Shown: positions 29,483 to 38,589 of the stretch, piece by piece | Numbering within the stretch: position 1 is the stretch's first letter | Layout of the letters: each line of letters starts with the position of its first letter | IMG/VR virus record: IMGVR_UViG_3300046804_003518 | Span: 124,324-188,323 of that record | Length of the DNA stretch: 64,000 bases | Source of the DNA: a virus | Strand: one strand, 5' to 3' | The notes under the pieces: generated by a model | Seen by the model: only the letters and a program-made list of their open reading frames with translations | Databases searched by the model: none | What the model was told of the DNA's origin: nothing | Position numbers and translations under genes: made by a program

Positions 29483-29874
29483 TTGAATGTTTAATTTTAG
29501 GTGACAGTATTGCTGTGGGCACAGGGTTGTATCGTCCCGAGTGTAAGGTGTTAGTTCAACAGGGCATAACTAGTAAAGGCTGGAATATGTCTAATGTTAA
29601 GTCAACATTGGACGCAAATACTGTCATTATTAGTTTAGGTAGCAATGACTATGCTCAAATTGATTCTTTAGAAGAACTGACTAAGTTACGGAAAAGAATT
29701 CATGCTGAAAAGGTATATTGGATTATGCCTGCTATCAAACCTGTTGTACAAGACATTATTGAAAACATTGCTCACGAAAACGGTGATTGGATAATCCAAA
29801 TACCATATCTTTCTAATGACGGTGTGCATCCAACGATGCAAGGTTATAGGAAAATAGCAGAAATTACAAAATGA
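29479..29874 (+). CDS. SGNH/GDSL hydrolase
   Basis: ILGDSIA, LGSND, DGVHP. Confidence 0.85.
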   Translation: MIECLILGDSIAVGTGLYRPECKVLVQQGITSKGWNMSNVKSTLDANTVIISLGSNDYAQIDSLEELTKLRKRIHAEKVYWIMPAIKPVVQDIIENIAHENGDWIIQIPYLSNDGVHPTMQGYRKIAEITK

Positions 29875-29989
29875 AGAACGGTCTCGAGTTTATAAAAGAG
29901 TGGGGTTTACTTTTTGTTCCTTTTATAGTTCTAGGCATATTTTGGTTGTTTATACATTATACAAACTTACTTTACTAGAGGAAACACAA

Positions 29990-30238
29990 ATGAAGAAATT
30001 AATTCTCGCTCTTGCTCTCGCATCAACACCAGCATTGGCAGTTGACCGAGTCGCACAATATGACTTTGACAAGGATGGCAAAGTTTCTTTTGAAGAAGTT
30101 GGCCGTGTTTGCAACATTTCAAAGTCACTCTTTGAAAAAGCAGATAAGAACGGTGATGGCTTTTTAAGCAATGCAGAAATGAGTATAGCAAGACGTTACA
30201 TTTTTGATCGTTGCAGGAATACAACAAAGGCTGCTTAA
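29990..30238 (+). CDS. Secreted EF-hand protein
   Basis: Signal peptide; DFDKDGKVSFEE and DKNGDGFLSNAE loops; SD GAGG. Confidence 0.8.
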   Translation: MKKLILALALASTPALAVDRVAQYDFDKDGKVSFEEVGRVCNISKSLFEKADKNGDGFLSNAEMSIARRYIFDRCRNTTKAA

Positions 30239-30239
30239 T

Positions 30240-30749
30240 ATGAACCTAGTTGATGAAATAAAGAAATCTATTGCAAGCTACGCAAAGGATGCAAGTCTTA
30301 ATCTAGATAACGTCATCAACCGTAGTACACTTGATGAGGTCACTGTCAAGGGAGTGGCTTTGGCCTCAGCTTTTGCTGCCGGTAACATGGATCTTGTTAA
30401 TATTATTAAGCCATATCTACTAGAAGAGGATCGCCAAGCTGCTCTAACAGCTGCTTCTCTCATGGCTATGAATAATGTTTGGTATCCATACGTTGAGATG
30501 ACTGGGGACTCAGCACTAAGGGGTCTACCAGCTCAGCTTCGTATGAATGCGTATGCTAATCATGGTGGCACAACAAAGGCTAAGTTTGAATCTTATGCCC
30601 TCGCTGCTTCCATTGTTGGTAAGTGTCACTTCTGCGTAAAGTCACATTATGACACATTGCAAAAGGAAGGGTTGACCGTTGAACAACTTCGTGATATTGG
30701 TCGCATTGCAGCAGTTGTTACTGCTGTTGCTAGGGCTATGACTGCATAA
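30240..30749 (+). CDS. ahpD: Alkyl hydroperoxide reductase AhpD
   Basis: YAKDASLNL, ASLMAMNNVWY, LAASIVGKCHFCVKSH. Confidence 0.9.
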   Translation: MNLVDEIKKSIASYAKDASLNLDNVINRSTLDEVTVKGVALASAFAAGNMDLVNIIKPYLLEEDRQAALTAASLMAMNNVWYPYVEMTGDSALRGLPAQLRMNAYANHGGTTKAKFESYALAASIVGKCHFCVKSHYDTLQKEGLTVEQLRDIGRIAAVVTAVARAMTA

Positions 30750-30758
30750 TTCACGCTG

Positions 30759-30795
30759 TTGACTTGACCATTTGAATACTGTATAATCATAAATA
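30759..30795 (+). promoter_or_regulatory. Sigma70 promoter with adjacent late-promoter-like site
   Basis: TTGACT-17-TATAAT followed directly by CATAAATA. Confidence 0.75.
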
Positions 30796-30819
30796 TTTGG
30801 TAATGTAGAGGTTGAACAA

Positions 30820-30984
30820 ATGGATCTTCCGATCACTTTAGATGAACTTAGAACAGTTGTTGTTGCACTTCAAGCTGCTAACCAACAGGAACTCGCAGAC
30901 AGGCTCAAGCTCGTCTGCCTCTTGGTTGAAGAAGGAAAGCCATACAAGAAGATCTTGAGAGAAGAGTATGGAATGGTTGCCTGA
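30820..30984 (+). CDS. Small hypothetical protein (54 aa)
   Basis: SD GAGG, MDLPITLDELRTVVVALQ...; directly after the promoter. Confidence 0.55.
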   Translation: MDLPITLDELRTVVVALQAANQQELADRLKLVCLLVEEGKPYKKILREEYGMVA

Positions 30985-31049
30985 TTGGTACTGGCTTCTT
31001 GGTATTAGTATTTGGTGCAACTACATTTATAGGTTCATTAAAAATTAAT

Positions 31050-31335
31050 GGTAGTAAACTGACGACTAAAGGTGTTCTGGACGGGGTTTCAATACCCCCA
31101 TCTCCACCAAATTTAACGTGTGTGTCACACTTTACCAGAGTTGACGACTCTGGCACGGACTACGGGGATGACAGGTTTCGACAGGGCAAGTAATAAACCG
31201 ACGGCTACCAGTGAGGCGACTGACTTAATCAGCGCAAACAAAGTAAACGCAAACGATGATGTTTACAACATGGCTCTAGCTGCCTAAGGCACTAGATTAC
31301 CAGAGTTGACCGCTTGGTAACAGAAAGGTCGGAGG
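31050..31335 (+). ncRNA. ssrA: Circularly permuted (two-piece) tmRNA, tag peptide ANDDVYNMALAA
   Basis: Acceptor piece 31050-31109 ends ...GGGGTTTCAATACCCC-CATCTCCACCA; coding piece starts GGGGATG at 31164 (G3:U70 pair); tag ORF 31249-31287; inter-piece helices CAGGGCA/TGTTCTG and GCTACC/GGTAGT. Confidence 0.92.
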
Positions 31336-31360
31336 CGGCAGCTTTCGCTGCCGCCTTTTT
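31333..31360 (+). terminator. Rho-independent terminator ending the tmRNA
   Basis: AGGCGGCAGC-TTTC-GCTGCCGCCT followed by TTTT. Confidence 0.85.
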
Positions 31361-31389
31361 CTTCCAACTGCATAAATGGAGGTAACAAC

Positions 31390-32016
31390 ATGAAAGCAGT
31401 AGAAATATTTAATCGCATTGAAGCATACTTTGATAGAAACCATAATCTGTTCATTAAGTTTGGTGGTCTTTTTGCAGCATTGTTCTTTTTCTTATATGTG
31501 CCATTTGCAATGCACTTTCAAACAATGCATAGACTCGAAGCTGAGCAGGAACGAAATGTTTATCTGCTATCCCAAATGGAGGATATGAACCATCGCATGG
31601 AGTTCCTTGAGCTTTCTTTTGACAAGAAGCAAAAGGTTATGCGAGAGGTTGAATGTCTTGCCAAAAACATTTATTATGAAGCTGGTTCAGAGCCTCGTAA
31701 TGGTAAACTTGCAGTTGCTCAAGTAACAATGAATAGAGTTAAGAGTAACGAATTCCCAAGATCTGTTTGCGGTGTTGTTTACCAAAAATCAAAGGGCGTT
31801 TGCCAATTCTCTTGGGTGTGTGAAAAAGACCTCCATCCTCGTTATGGTAAAGAGTGGAAGGAATCCTTGAAGATTGCTGAAAGTATCTTGATTAACAAGA
31901 AGTCGTATAACGTCGTTGGTACTGCAAAATATTTCCACGCAACCTATGTTGACCCAGCTTGGTCAAATACAAAGAACATGGTTGCACAAATTGGTAACCA
32001 CATCTTCTATCACTAG
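31390..32016 (+). CDS. Cell wall hydrolase SleB/CwlJ family, membrane anchored
   Basis: ECLAKNIYYEAGSE, AVAQVTMNRV, VCGVVYQ, CQFSW, YFHATYV.P.W, IGNHIFY. Confidence 0.92.
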   Translation: MKAVEIFNRIEAYFDRNHNLFIKFGGLFAALFFFLYVPFAMHFQTMHRLEAEQERNVYLLSQMEDMNHRMEFLELSFDKKQKVMREVECLAKNIYYEAGSEPRNGKLAVAQVTMNRVKSNEFPRSVCGVVYQKSKGVCQFSWVCEKDLHPRYGKEWKESLKIAESILINKKSYNVVGTAKYFHATYVDPAWSNTKNMVAQIGNHIFYH

Positions 32017-32074
32017 TTGTCTTTCTATTGTTATCATGTGATACTACTACTGTAGTTTTGTTATGAGGTGACTT

Positions 32075-32272
32075 ATGTCCGAAGGTGATTTTGAAGTGAT
32101 GCCGCGAGGCACAATGGAAGAAATTAAGGCTCTAAGAGCTTTTGCTAAGTCTATCATTGATCTAGATGGTAAGTATGGAATCAATACTCCTCAAGTTCTT
32201 AGAGAGGAGATTCATAAGATCCATACGTTCTATGTTAGCCACGTTGAACGGTATCCCTCCAATGGACTCTGA
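32075..32272 (+). CDS. Hypothetical protein
   Basis: SD GAGGTG. Confidence 0.55.
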   Translation: MSEGDFEVMPRGTMEEIKALRAFAKSIIDLDGKYGINTPQVLREEIHKIHTFYVSHVERYPSNGL

Positions 32273-32513
32273 TGAATCTATCCTCTATGTGTTAGAGCAC
32301 GATATCGCCGACACTGCTAACTTGTTAGATGCTGGCCACGATGTTAATGTAATCTGTGCAGCCAAGCTTCGGAACGTCTTAATGATCTATAAGACAACTT
32401 TGTCAGATAGTGATTTCAAAAACATGATGGAATATGTTATGTCAGCCCTTGATGATGTTCCTAATCTCAAGGACTATGCTAAACAGATCAATTCTAAATT
32501 GGGAATGCACTAA
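32262..32513 (+). CDS. Hypothetical protein
   Basis: Probable start ATG 32262; TAATG coupling to purA. Confidence 0.5.
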   Translation: MDSDESILYVLEHDIADTANLLDAGHDVNVICAAKLRNVLMIYKTTLSDSDFKNMMEYVMSALDDVPNLKDYAKQINSKLGMH

Positions 32514-33502
32514 TGGTTAATTTTTGTGATGCCGTAGTAGACCTCCAGTCAGGTGATACTGGGAAAGGTAAGGTTACTCATTCTTTACTAAGTAGTGGAG
32601 AGTACGACCTAGTTCTCCGATATAATGGTGGCTCGAATGCTGGACATACTATCTACCACAATGGTGAGAAGATTGTCACACATCAAGTGCCAGCTGGAGT
32701 TCTCTACGGCATCCGATCTTTGATTGGTCTTGGTTGTGTTGTTAATGTTAGAAAGCTCGAGGATGAGATTCGATACCTTAACGACAAAGGCTTTAAGACG
32801 GATGGTTTGTTATATGTTGACAAGAGAGCTCATGTTGTTATGCAAGAGCATCTTGATGAAGATAATAATGATACAGCGATTGGCACAACTAAGCAAGGAA
32901 TAGGCCCAGCCTATAGAGACAAATATGAGCGAACTGGTACTCGGATTGGTGATATGTGCTCTGGCAATTTCTACTTTAATATCATTGACAGTCTGGATAT
33001 TCTTTCTGGCGCTAATGTACTCGCTGAAGGTGCTCAGGGTTTTAGTTTGGATATTGATTGGGGCGACTATCCTTACGTTACTAGCTCCCATTGTACTATT
33101 GGTTCTGTTATTTTAAACGGCGTATCACCAAGAAAGATTAAAAAGGTCTATGGTGTCGCAAAGGCGTATGAGACTTATGTTGGAACAAAAGACTTCGGAA
33201 TGGATTGTGGAGAGCTCGAAAGGATCCAGGAGCTTGGGCAAGAATTTGGAGCAACCACTGGTCGTCCTAGAAAGTGTAATTGGATTAATCTTGATAACCT
33301 TGCTTATGCTGCAAGAGTTAATGATATTAGCCACTTGATTGTTAATAAAATTGATATTTTAGATCAAGTTAATGTATACAAATATATTAGGCAAAACAAA
33401 AAATATGATGCAGGCAGTCGTCTTGGATTAATCGATGCGATCGTCAATGCATTACCAAATAATGTTAGAGTAGTGTTTTCAGATACGCCACATTCGATAT
33501 AA
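32513..33502 (+). CDS. purA: Adenylosuccinate synthetase (short form)
   Basis: GDTGKGK, RYNGGSNAGHT, IGTTKQGIGPAY, EGAQGFSLDIDWGDYPYVTSS, GATTGRPR, NKIDILD. Confidence 0.95.
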   Translation: MVNFCDAVVDLQSGDTGKGKVTHSLLSSGEYDLVLRYNGGSNAGHTIYHNGEKIVTHQVPAGVLYGIRSLIGLGCVVNVRKLEDEIRYLNDKGFKTDGLLYVDKRAHVVMQEHLDEDNNDTAIGTTKQGIGPAYRDKYERTGTRIGDMCSGNFYFNIIDSLDILSGANVLAEGAQGFSLDIDWGDYPYVTSSHCTIGSVILNGVSPRKIKKVYGVAKAYETYVGTKDFGMDCGELERIQELGQEFGATTGRPRKCNWINLDNLAYAARVNDISHLIVNKIDILDQVNVYKYIRQNKKYDAGSRLGLIDAIVNALPNNVRVVFSDTPHSI

Positions 33503-33505
33503 ATA
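33498..33505 (+). promoter_or_regulatory. T4-type late promoter
   Basis: TATAAATA upstream of SD AGGAG and ATG 33530. Confidence 0.65.
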
Positions 33506-33529
33506 TCTCTGCTATTGCAGGAGATAGAA

Positions 33530-33751
33530 ATGGAAAGTTTAGTGTTAGTTGTGCTATACATTTTAGCCTCGGGTGATGCTAAAGAATATACTAACTTTCG
33601 CTATAGTAAAGAATGGGAATCTTACAAAAGAGAATGTGAAAAGGAAATACCAAAATACTATTCCAACATGCAAAGTCCTAGATATCGTGATATGCAGAAG
33701 AACAAGTGTGCTCGCAACAAGTCCCGCAAATATCAGGAAACTCAAATATGA
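33530..33751 (+). CDS. Small hypothetical protein with hydrophobic N-terminus
   Basis: SD AGGAG; ATGA coupling downstream. Confidence 0.5.
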   Translation: MESLVLVVLYILASGDAKEYTNFRYSKEWESYKRECEKEIPKYYSNMQSPRYRDMQKNKCARNKSRKYQETQI

Positions 33752-34155
33752 AAAAGTTAGCCCTTTTATGTCTATTAGTTTTAACCCCTATGGCTTATGC
33801 TGACCAGGAAGATGAAAAAATTCTTGGTGCTATTGCTGGAGGTTACCTTGGGTCCACTATCGGAGGCGGTGACGGCAAAAAGGCAGCAACAGTATTAGGA
33901 GCAATCATAGGATATAGAGTTGGTCCCCAGGTATTGGGTAGCAATCAAGGATACACTTACGGATACCAGGATAGACGATGGAGACAGCCAAGATATAGAC
34001 AAGCAGACATATACAAAATTTGTGACCATAGAAACCCATATACAAGGGATTCGAGATTATATTGGTCATACAATAGGGGATGTGTTCAGCGTCTAAGCGA
34101 TGAAATGAGAGAACTGGAGCAACAAGCATATGAACAGGGTTACCAAGGACAATGA
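33748..34155 (+). CDS. Glycine-zipper (2TM) domain exported protein
   Basis: Signal peptide; GAIAGGYLGSTIGGGDGKKAATVLGAIIG. Confidence 0.8.
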   Translation: MKKLALLCLLVLTPMAYADQEDEKILGAIAGGYLGSTIGGGDGKKAATVLGAIIGYRVGPQVLGSNQGYTYGYQDRRWRQPRYRQADIYKICDHRNPYTRDSRLYWSYNRGCVQRLSDEMRELEQQAYEQGYQGQ

Positions 34156-34318
34156 TGTTGAACTGTACGCCAAACTTATTCAGAAACTCGATGTCCCAGC
34201 TGATAGAAAAGCAGCGACACCACTGAATGCAAGATGGTTCATAAGAACAGGGTACGTTCAAAACAGAAACAATCCAATGGCGGATCAAGTATTGGATCTA
34301 GCCAGAAAGCTCGCCTAG
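34130..34318 (+). CDS. Hypothetical protein
   Basis: 62-aa ORF tiling the operon. Confidence 0.5.
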   Translation: MNRVTKDNDVELYAKLIQKLDVPADRKAATPLNARWFIRTGYVQNRNNPMADQVLDLARKLA

Positions 34319-34329
34319 GGAGTAATATC

Positions 34330-34542
34330 ATGTATAGCGAAAGTGTATTGAAGACTCGTCCACGAATCAATTTTGATCCCTCTAATAAGGATCATGTTCA
34401 GGATTATGCTAATTTTATAAAGCATTCTAATTGGAAAACAGGATGCAAATATTTGCTTGAACAACCATTTCAAGACATCCCTACAATGATCAACTACAAA
34501 TTAATTAGACATTTTCTCACACCCTATATGAAGAAGGACTAA
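34330..34542 (+). CDS. Conserved small hypothetical protein
   Basis: FDPSNKDHVQDY..F....W..GC.Y.LEQP pattern; SD GGGAG. Confidence 0.55.
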   Translation: MYSESVLKTRPRINFDPSNKDHVQDYANFIKHSNWKTGCKYLLEQPFQDIPTMINYKLIRHFLTPYMKKD

Positions 34543-34572
34543 ATATATCATTGGTTATTTCTTCAGTAGGAT

Positions 34573-35370
34573 TTGAAAATGAATAAATTAGAAGAGTATG
34601 TTTTGAGATATCAGGGCATTCATCATGGAACTGATCAGTTCCTCGCCCTAGATGGTAAGTTGCATTCTAATGAGCAAGATCCAAGTAACGGTAAAGTACT
34701 ATTTGATGGGTCTCAGCTAGGTAAAAAGTTTCCAACATACATTCAACATTTTATTAACTCTAAAAATAGGGCAGTAACATTGTTGGATTATGGTTGTGGT
34801 AAGGCTATCCACACGTATATACCATTGCCTATTCATGGCAACAAAACATTACTCGGTAGATTCAATGGCATGATTCAATGCTATTATTCTTATGACCCAG
34901 CTGTCAAACACTACTCTATCAAACCACCATCGGGTATGGTATTTGATGTTACTTGTTGTGCTGATGTAATGGAGCATATTCCTGAAGAGTTTGTTCCAGA
35001 AATTCTAACAGAGATTGGTAACTATACCAAGGATGATGGCGCCATGATATTTTCTATATCTGGTAACCCAGCTAAAAAAATGTTTAAGGATGGTGAGAAT
35101 CTCCATGCCACAATCAAATCATTGGAGTGGTGGATTGAGGCAATACAGAAGTATTGTGGTGATAAGTCGTTTGTATTAATTTACAATGATGACTCGAAAA
35201 TGATTCCGGCAACAGGGGCCCCACCAAAGGTTGACAACAAAGGTGTCGTAAAACAAACAATCTGTAATACATTAATTAGATACTACAACTCTCCAGCTCT
35301 TAATATTTGGGAGCAGAGTTTTGTGCAGAATGCTTATTACGCTAGCTGTAATGTTGAGGAAGTGAAGTGA
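34573..35370 (+). CDS. SAM-dependent methyltransferase-like protein
   Basis: LLDYGCGKA, YDPAV, FDVTCCADVMEHIPE, ENLHAT. Confidence 0.8.
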   Translation: MKMNKLEEYVLRYQGIHHGTDQFLALDGKLHSNEQDPSNGKVLFDGSQLGKKFPTYIQHFINSKNRAVTLLDYGCGKAIHTYIPLPIHGNKTLLGRFNGMIQCYYSYDPAVKHYSIKPPSGMVFDVTCCADVMEHIPEEFVPEILTEIGNYTKDDGAMIFSISGNPAKKMFKDGENLHATIKSLEWWIEAIQKYCGDKSFVLIYNDDSKMIPATGAPPKVDNKGVVKQTICNTLIRYYNSPALNIWEQSFVQNAYYASCNVEEVK

Positions 35371-36059
35371 AAGAGCGCGTTAAGTTATTCATAGGGCATG
35401 ATGTTAAGCAAACATCCATTTGTGATGCCTGCAGACTTTCAATTGAAGACCATTCGGAAATTAAGATTGAAACAATTCACCTCAATTCACTTGAAGGTAG
35501 AGGGTTGTTTTGGAGACACCAAGCTGAAGGTAGCACCGACTTTGCCTTCACTAGATTCTTAACACCATATCTCAAAGGCTTTTATGGTTATGCTATCTTT
35601 TGTGATAGTGATTTTATTTGGAATTGTGACCCACTAGAGTTATTAGACCAGATAGATCGAAACAAGGCTGTTAGTGTTGTTAAGCATGACATTCATCCAA
35701 GTCAGATCAAGCCAACAAAAATGGATGGACAAAAGCAAAGTTGGTATCCAAGAAAAAACTGGTCTTCATTAATGGTGTTCAATTGCGACCACCCATTTAC
35801 TAAGAGACTAACGCCTCAAGTTGTATCCGAATCGCCTGCTGGCTATCTGCATGAGTTCAAATGGTGTGATGATACAAACATTGGAACTATTCCACATACA
35901 TATAACTATCTTGTAGGATACTATCACGATATCAAAGAACCAAAAGCTGTACATTACACAGACGGTGGTCCGTGGCATCCTGGATATGAGAATGTTGAGT
36001 TTGCTGATAGATTTAATTTCTATAAAGAAAAAGTTATTCAGAAGTATGGAAGATTCTGA
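35367..36059 (+). CDS. GT-A glycosyltransferase (GT8-like)
   Basis: LFIGHD, STDFAFTRFLTP, AIFCDSDF (DxD), PRKNWSSLMVFNC, HYTDGGPW. Confidence 0.85.
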   Translation: MKERVKLFIGHDVKQTSICDACRLSIEDHSEIKIETIHLNSLEGRGLFWRHQAEGSTDFAFTRFLTPYLKGFYGYAIFCDSDFIWNCDPLELLDQIDRNKAVSVVKHDIHPSQIKPTKMDGQKQSWYPRKNWSSLMVFNCDHPFTKRLTPQVVSESPAGYLHEFKWCDDTNIGTIPHTYNYLVGYYHDIKEPKAVHYTDGGPWHPGYENVEFADRFNFYKEKVIQKYGRF

Positions 36060-36934
36060 TGTGGAATAAAAGACTAAACGATAAGTTTGAAAACAGATTG
36101 ATTGGTTATTGCCAAGACAAGAGAGTTCTTGTTGTTGGTAACTCCATATCCCTGTTTAATAAACCATATGGTGAATTCATTGATAGTTTCGATGTTGTAG
36201 TGAGAATGGGTAAAGGATATCCCTGGCCAGAGTTTAAAGAACATTTGGGCAGTAAGACAGATGTGTGGGTACTCTCGATGCTCAGAGCTAACCACTACGT
36301 TGAATTTAAAGATGCAGCATATAAAGTGCTTAATATATCTCAGATATCACTTTATGATAGTGAGAGAACAACTACATCAATTTCCAAACATTTCTACGAC
36401 ACGGATTTTCAAATTTATAGAGATTACTTTTTGATGGGTGATGCTGCACAGACAAAGGCTTTAATTAAAAAAGCATATGGCAGTATAAATGTTAATGAGA
36501 GAGCATCCCAAGGTGCTCTTACATTATCTTACTTTACTAATATAGTTAGATCATATAAAGAGCTTCATGTAATTGGATTTGACTTCTTTGAAGGTAGAGT
36601 TCAATATGAGCTGATGGGTGCCGTAAATGAGGTAAGTAGCTTTCACCTACCTGTACCTTCTGTGAAGGGTACAAACTCTAACCCCCATGCAGGCCTTTAC
36701 ACAAAAGAGCACATGGACAAAAAGTATATCCTTTCTTTAAAAGATCAAGGAAAGATAATCTTTCACGAAATGGATAAAGTAGAAAACACTCCTCGTGAAA
36801 AAATAGATTTAATGATGGCAAGATTTAGAAAGCATGGTACATTTATCAAGAACGAAACCATGGTTGCAAAGGATCTGCCAGATAATCCAGAAATAACTAA
36901 AGACGAGAGCTCAAACAATGAATCTAGTGATTGA
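36059..36934 (+). CDS. GT29 (sialyltransferase)-like glycosyltransferase
   Basis: Sialylmotif-L-like VLVVGNS...GEFIDSFDVVVRM...LGSKTD; motif-S-like LHVIGFDF. Confidence 0.65.
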   Translation: MWNKRLNDKFENRLIGYCQDKRVLVVGNSISLFNKPYGEFIDSFDVVVRMGKGYPWPEFKEHLGSKTDVWVLSMLRANHYVEFKDAAYKVLNISQISLYDSERTTTSISKHFYDTDFQIYRDYFLMGDAAQTKALIKKAYGSINVNERASQGALTLSYFTNIVRSYKELHVIGFDFFEGRVQYELMGAVNEVSSFHLPVPSVKGTNSNPHAGLYTKEHMDKKYILSLKDQGKIIFHEMDKVENTPREKIDLMMARFRKHGTFIKNETMVAKDLPDNPEITKDESSNNESSD

Positions 36935-37862
36935 AAGAAACGAAACAAATAAAAACTCTAAGGGTGGCACTGAGCTAATGGCTGAGGGTCTGGAGAAGCA
37001 TGTTGATAAAGAGCTTCTAAGTAAGTTTCAAATTATCCCTTCAAGAGTTAGGGAGATTAATCCCGATAAGATTCCCATCCTCTGGCTACATGATCTACCA
37101 TGGGACCCAGAGTCTGCTAAACTGAAAGACCCAGAATATAGAAAGCAATTTAAAAAGATTGTATTTGTGTCTCATTGGCAGCAACAGATGTATCATACAG
37201 TTCTTGGTGTACCTTATTCAGAAGGTATTGTAATCAAGAATGCTATTAATCCAATTCCATCAGAGTTGATCAATAAGGAAAGTGAAGATGGAAAGATTAG
37301 ACTAATCTATCACCCTACTCCTCACCGTGGCCTTGAAATTCTTGTGCCAGTGGTTAAGGAGATGTTAAAGTATCATCCTGATATTCACCTTGATGTATAC
37401 TCCAGCTTTAAGCTATATGGTTGGGCAGAGAGGGATAAGCCATACCAAGAGTTGTTTGATGAAATCAAAGAGCACCCAAGTATGACATATCATGGTTCAG
37501 TATCTCAAGACGAGTTGAGAGCTGCCATTGGTAAAGCTCATATCTTTGCTTATCCTTCTATTTGGCAGGAGACAAGTTGTCTTTGTGCCCTTGAAGCAAT
37601 GTCAGCTCAGTGCTTGACGGTCACCTCCTCTCTTGCAGCATTACCAGAGACCTGTGCCAATTATGCTCTGATGTATAATTACACAGAGGATATTAATGAA
37701 CATGCAAACACTTTCTTCAAAGTACTTCACCATGCTATTGATGTTGCTAAGAAGGGTAGTGCCGCAAATTATCTAAGAGCCCAGAAGGAATACTTTGATA
37801 GAAATTATGATTGGAACTTGAGGAAAGATGAATGGACATTCCTGCTAAATTCATTAATGTAA
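36918..37862 (+). CDS. GT-B glycosyltransferase (GT4-like)
   Basis: KGGTE, WLHDL, VSHWQ, LIYHPTPHRGL, FAYPSIWQETSCLCALEAM. Confidence 0.85.
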   Translation: MNLVIERNETNKNSKGGTELMAEGLEKHVDKELLSKFQIIPSRVREINPDKIPILWLHDLPWDPESAKLKDPEYRKQFKKIVFVSHWQQQMYHTVLGVPYSEGIVIKNAINPIPSELINKESEDGKIRLIYHPTPHRGLEILVPVVKEMLKYHPDIHLDVYSSFKLYGWAERDKPYQELFDEIKEHPSMTYHGSVSQDELRAAIGKAHIFAYPSIWQETSCLCALEAMSAQCLTVTSSLAALPETCANYALMYNYTEDINEHANTFFKVLHHAIDVAKKGSAANYLRAQKEYFDRNYDWNLRKDEWTFLLNSLM

Positions 37863-38524
37863 AGCCATACGTTGAAGAGTTATTTGAGAACTTTGCCTGG
37901 CGAAAGCATCCTCTTTTACCAGAACTCGAATTCTTTTGTCTAAAGCAAAAAGATGATGAGGTAAAGAAACAACTTCAAGACGGTCACCATTCGTGGCAAT
38001 GGCCCTACCTTTGGGAATGTGGTGTTGCTCTAGGTAGATGGGTTCTTGATAATCCAGATGTTGTTAGAGACAAAGTAATCTACGATGTAGGTACCGGCCA
38101 GGGTACAGTTGCAGTTGCAGCAAAAAGAGCAGGAGCAAAAATATCTATTGGTGTTGACTGTTGTGTGTTTAGTGAATTTGCTGTTGCCGTTAACAGTGAT
38201 CGTAATAATGTAATTGTAACATCATACATTAAAGATCTCTTCAAGGCGAAGATTGCTGAGCAGTCTGTTATCTTCGCTTCTGATCTTATCTATGGTCAGA
38301 AGACAAGCGATGACCTTTTAAACTATCTAGCCGATCTTGGTCAGACATCTACCGTCATCATTGCCCAGTCAGGTCGTCAGAATCCACCATATGAAATCAA
38401 GCACGAAGCATTCCACCATCTTATGTCTTACGATGTTCCATGCTTTACACCAGGCCTAGAAATCATCGAAACCATGCCAGTTTCCCTATGGACTACTAAC
38501 TCCTTGATTCTACAGGATTTGTAA
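37832..38524 (+). CDS. Protein lysine methyltransferase-like (ETFB-KMT/METTL20, PrmA-related)
   Basis: WPYLWECGVALGRWVLDNPDVVRDKVIYDVGTGQG, ASDLIY. Confidence 0.75.
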   Translation: MDIPAKFINVKPYVEELFENFAWRKHPLLPELEFFCLKQKDDEVKKQLQDGHHSWQWPYLWECGVALGRWVLDNPDVVRDKVIYDVGTGQGTVAVAAKRAGAKISIGVDCCVFSEFAVAVNSDRNNVIVTSYIKDLFKAKIAEQSVIFASDLIYGQKTSDDLLNYLADLGQTSTVIIAQSGRQNPPYEIKHEAFHHLMSYDVPCFTPGLEIIETMPVSLWTTNSLILQDL

Positions 38525-38579
38525 CTCCCTGATTCTACAGGACTTTTTAAGGCTCTTGTAACTCCTTGATTCTAAAGGA
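38497..38579. repeat. Three 21-bp direct repeats containing IHF-consensus sites
   Basis: TAACTCCTTGATTCTACAGGA (38497), TAACTCCCTGATTCTACAGGA (38522), TAACTCCTTGATTCTAAAGGA (38559). Confidence 0.85.
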
Positions 38580-38589
38580 GCCGTTGCTG

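Noticed and set aside
32513-33502. PurZ (2-aminoadenine pathway)
   Set aside because: The catalytic Asp of PurA (GDTGKGK) is retained, and no dATPase/MazZ genes are adjacent.
38497-38579. Three 21-bp repeats as a CRISPR mini-array
   Set aside because: Spacers are only 4 and 16 nt, there are no cas genes, and the repeats match the IHF consensus found elsewhere as single sites.
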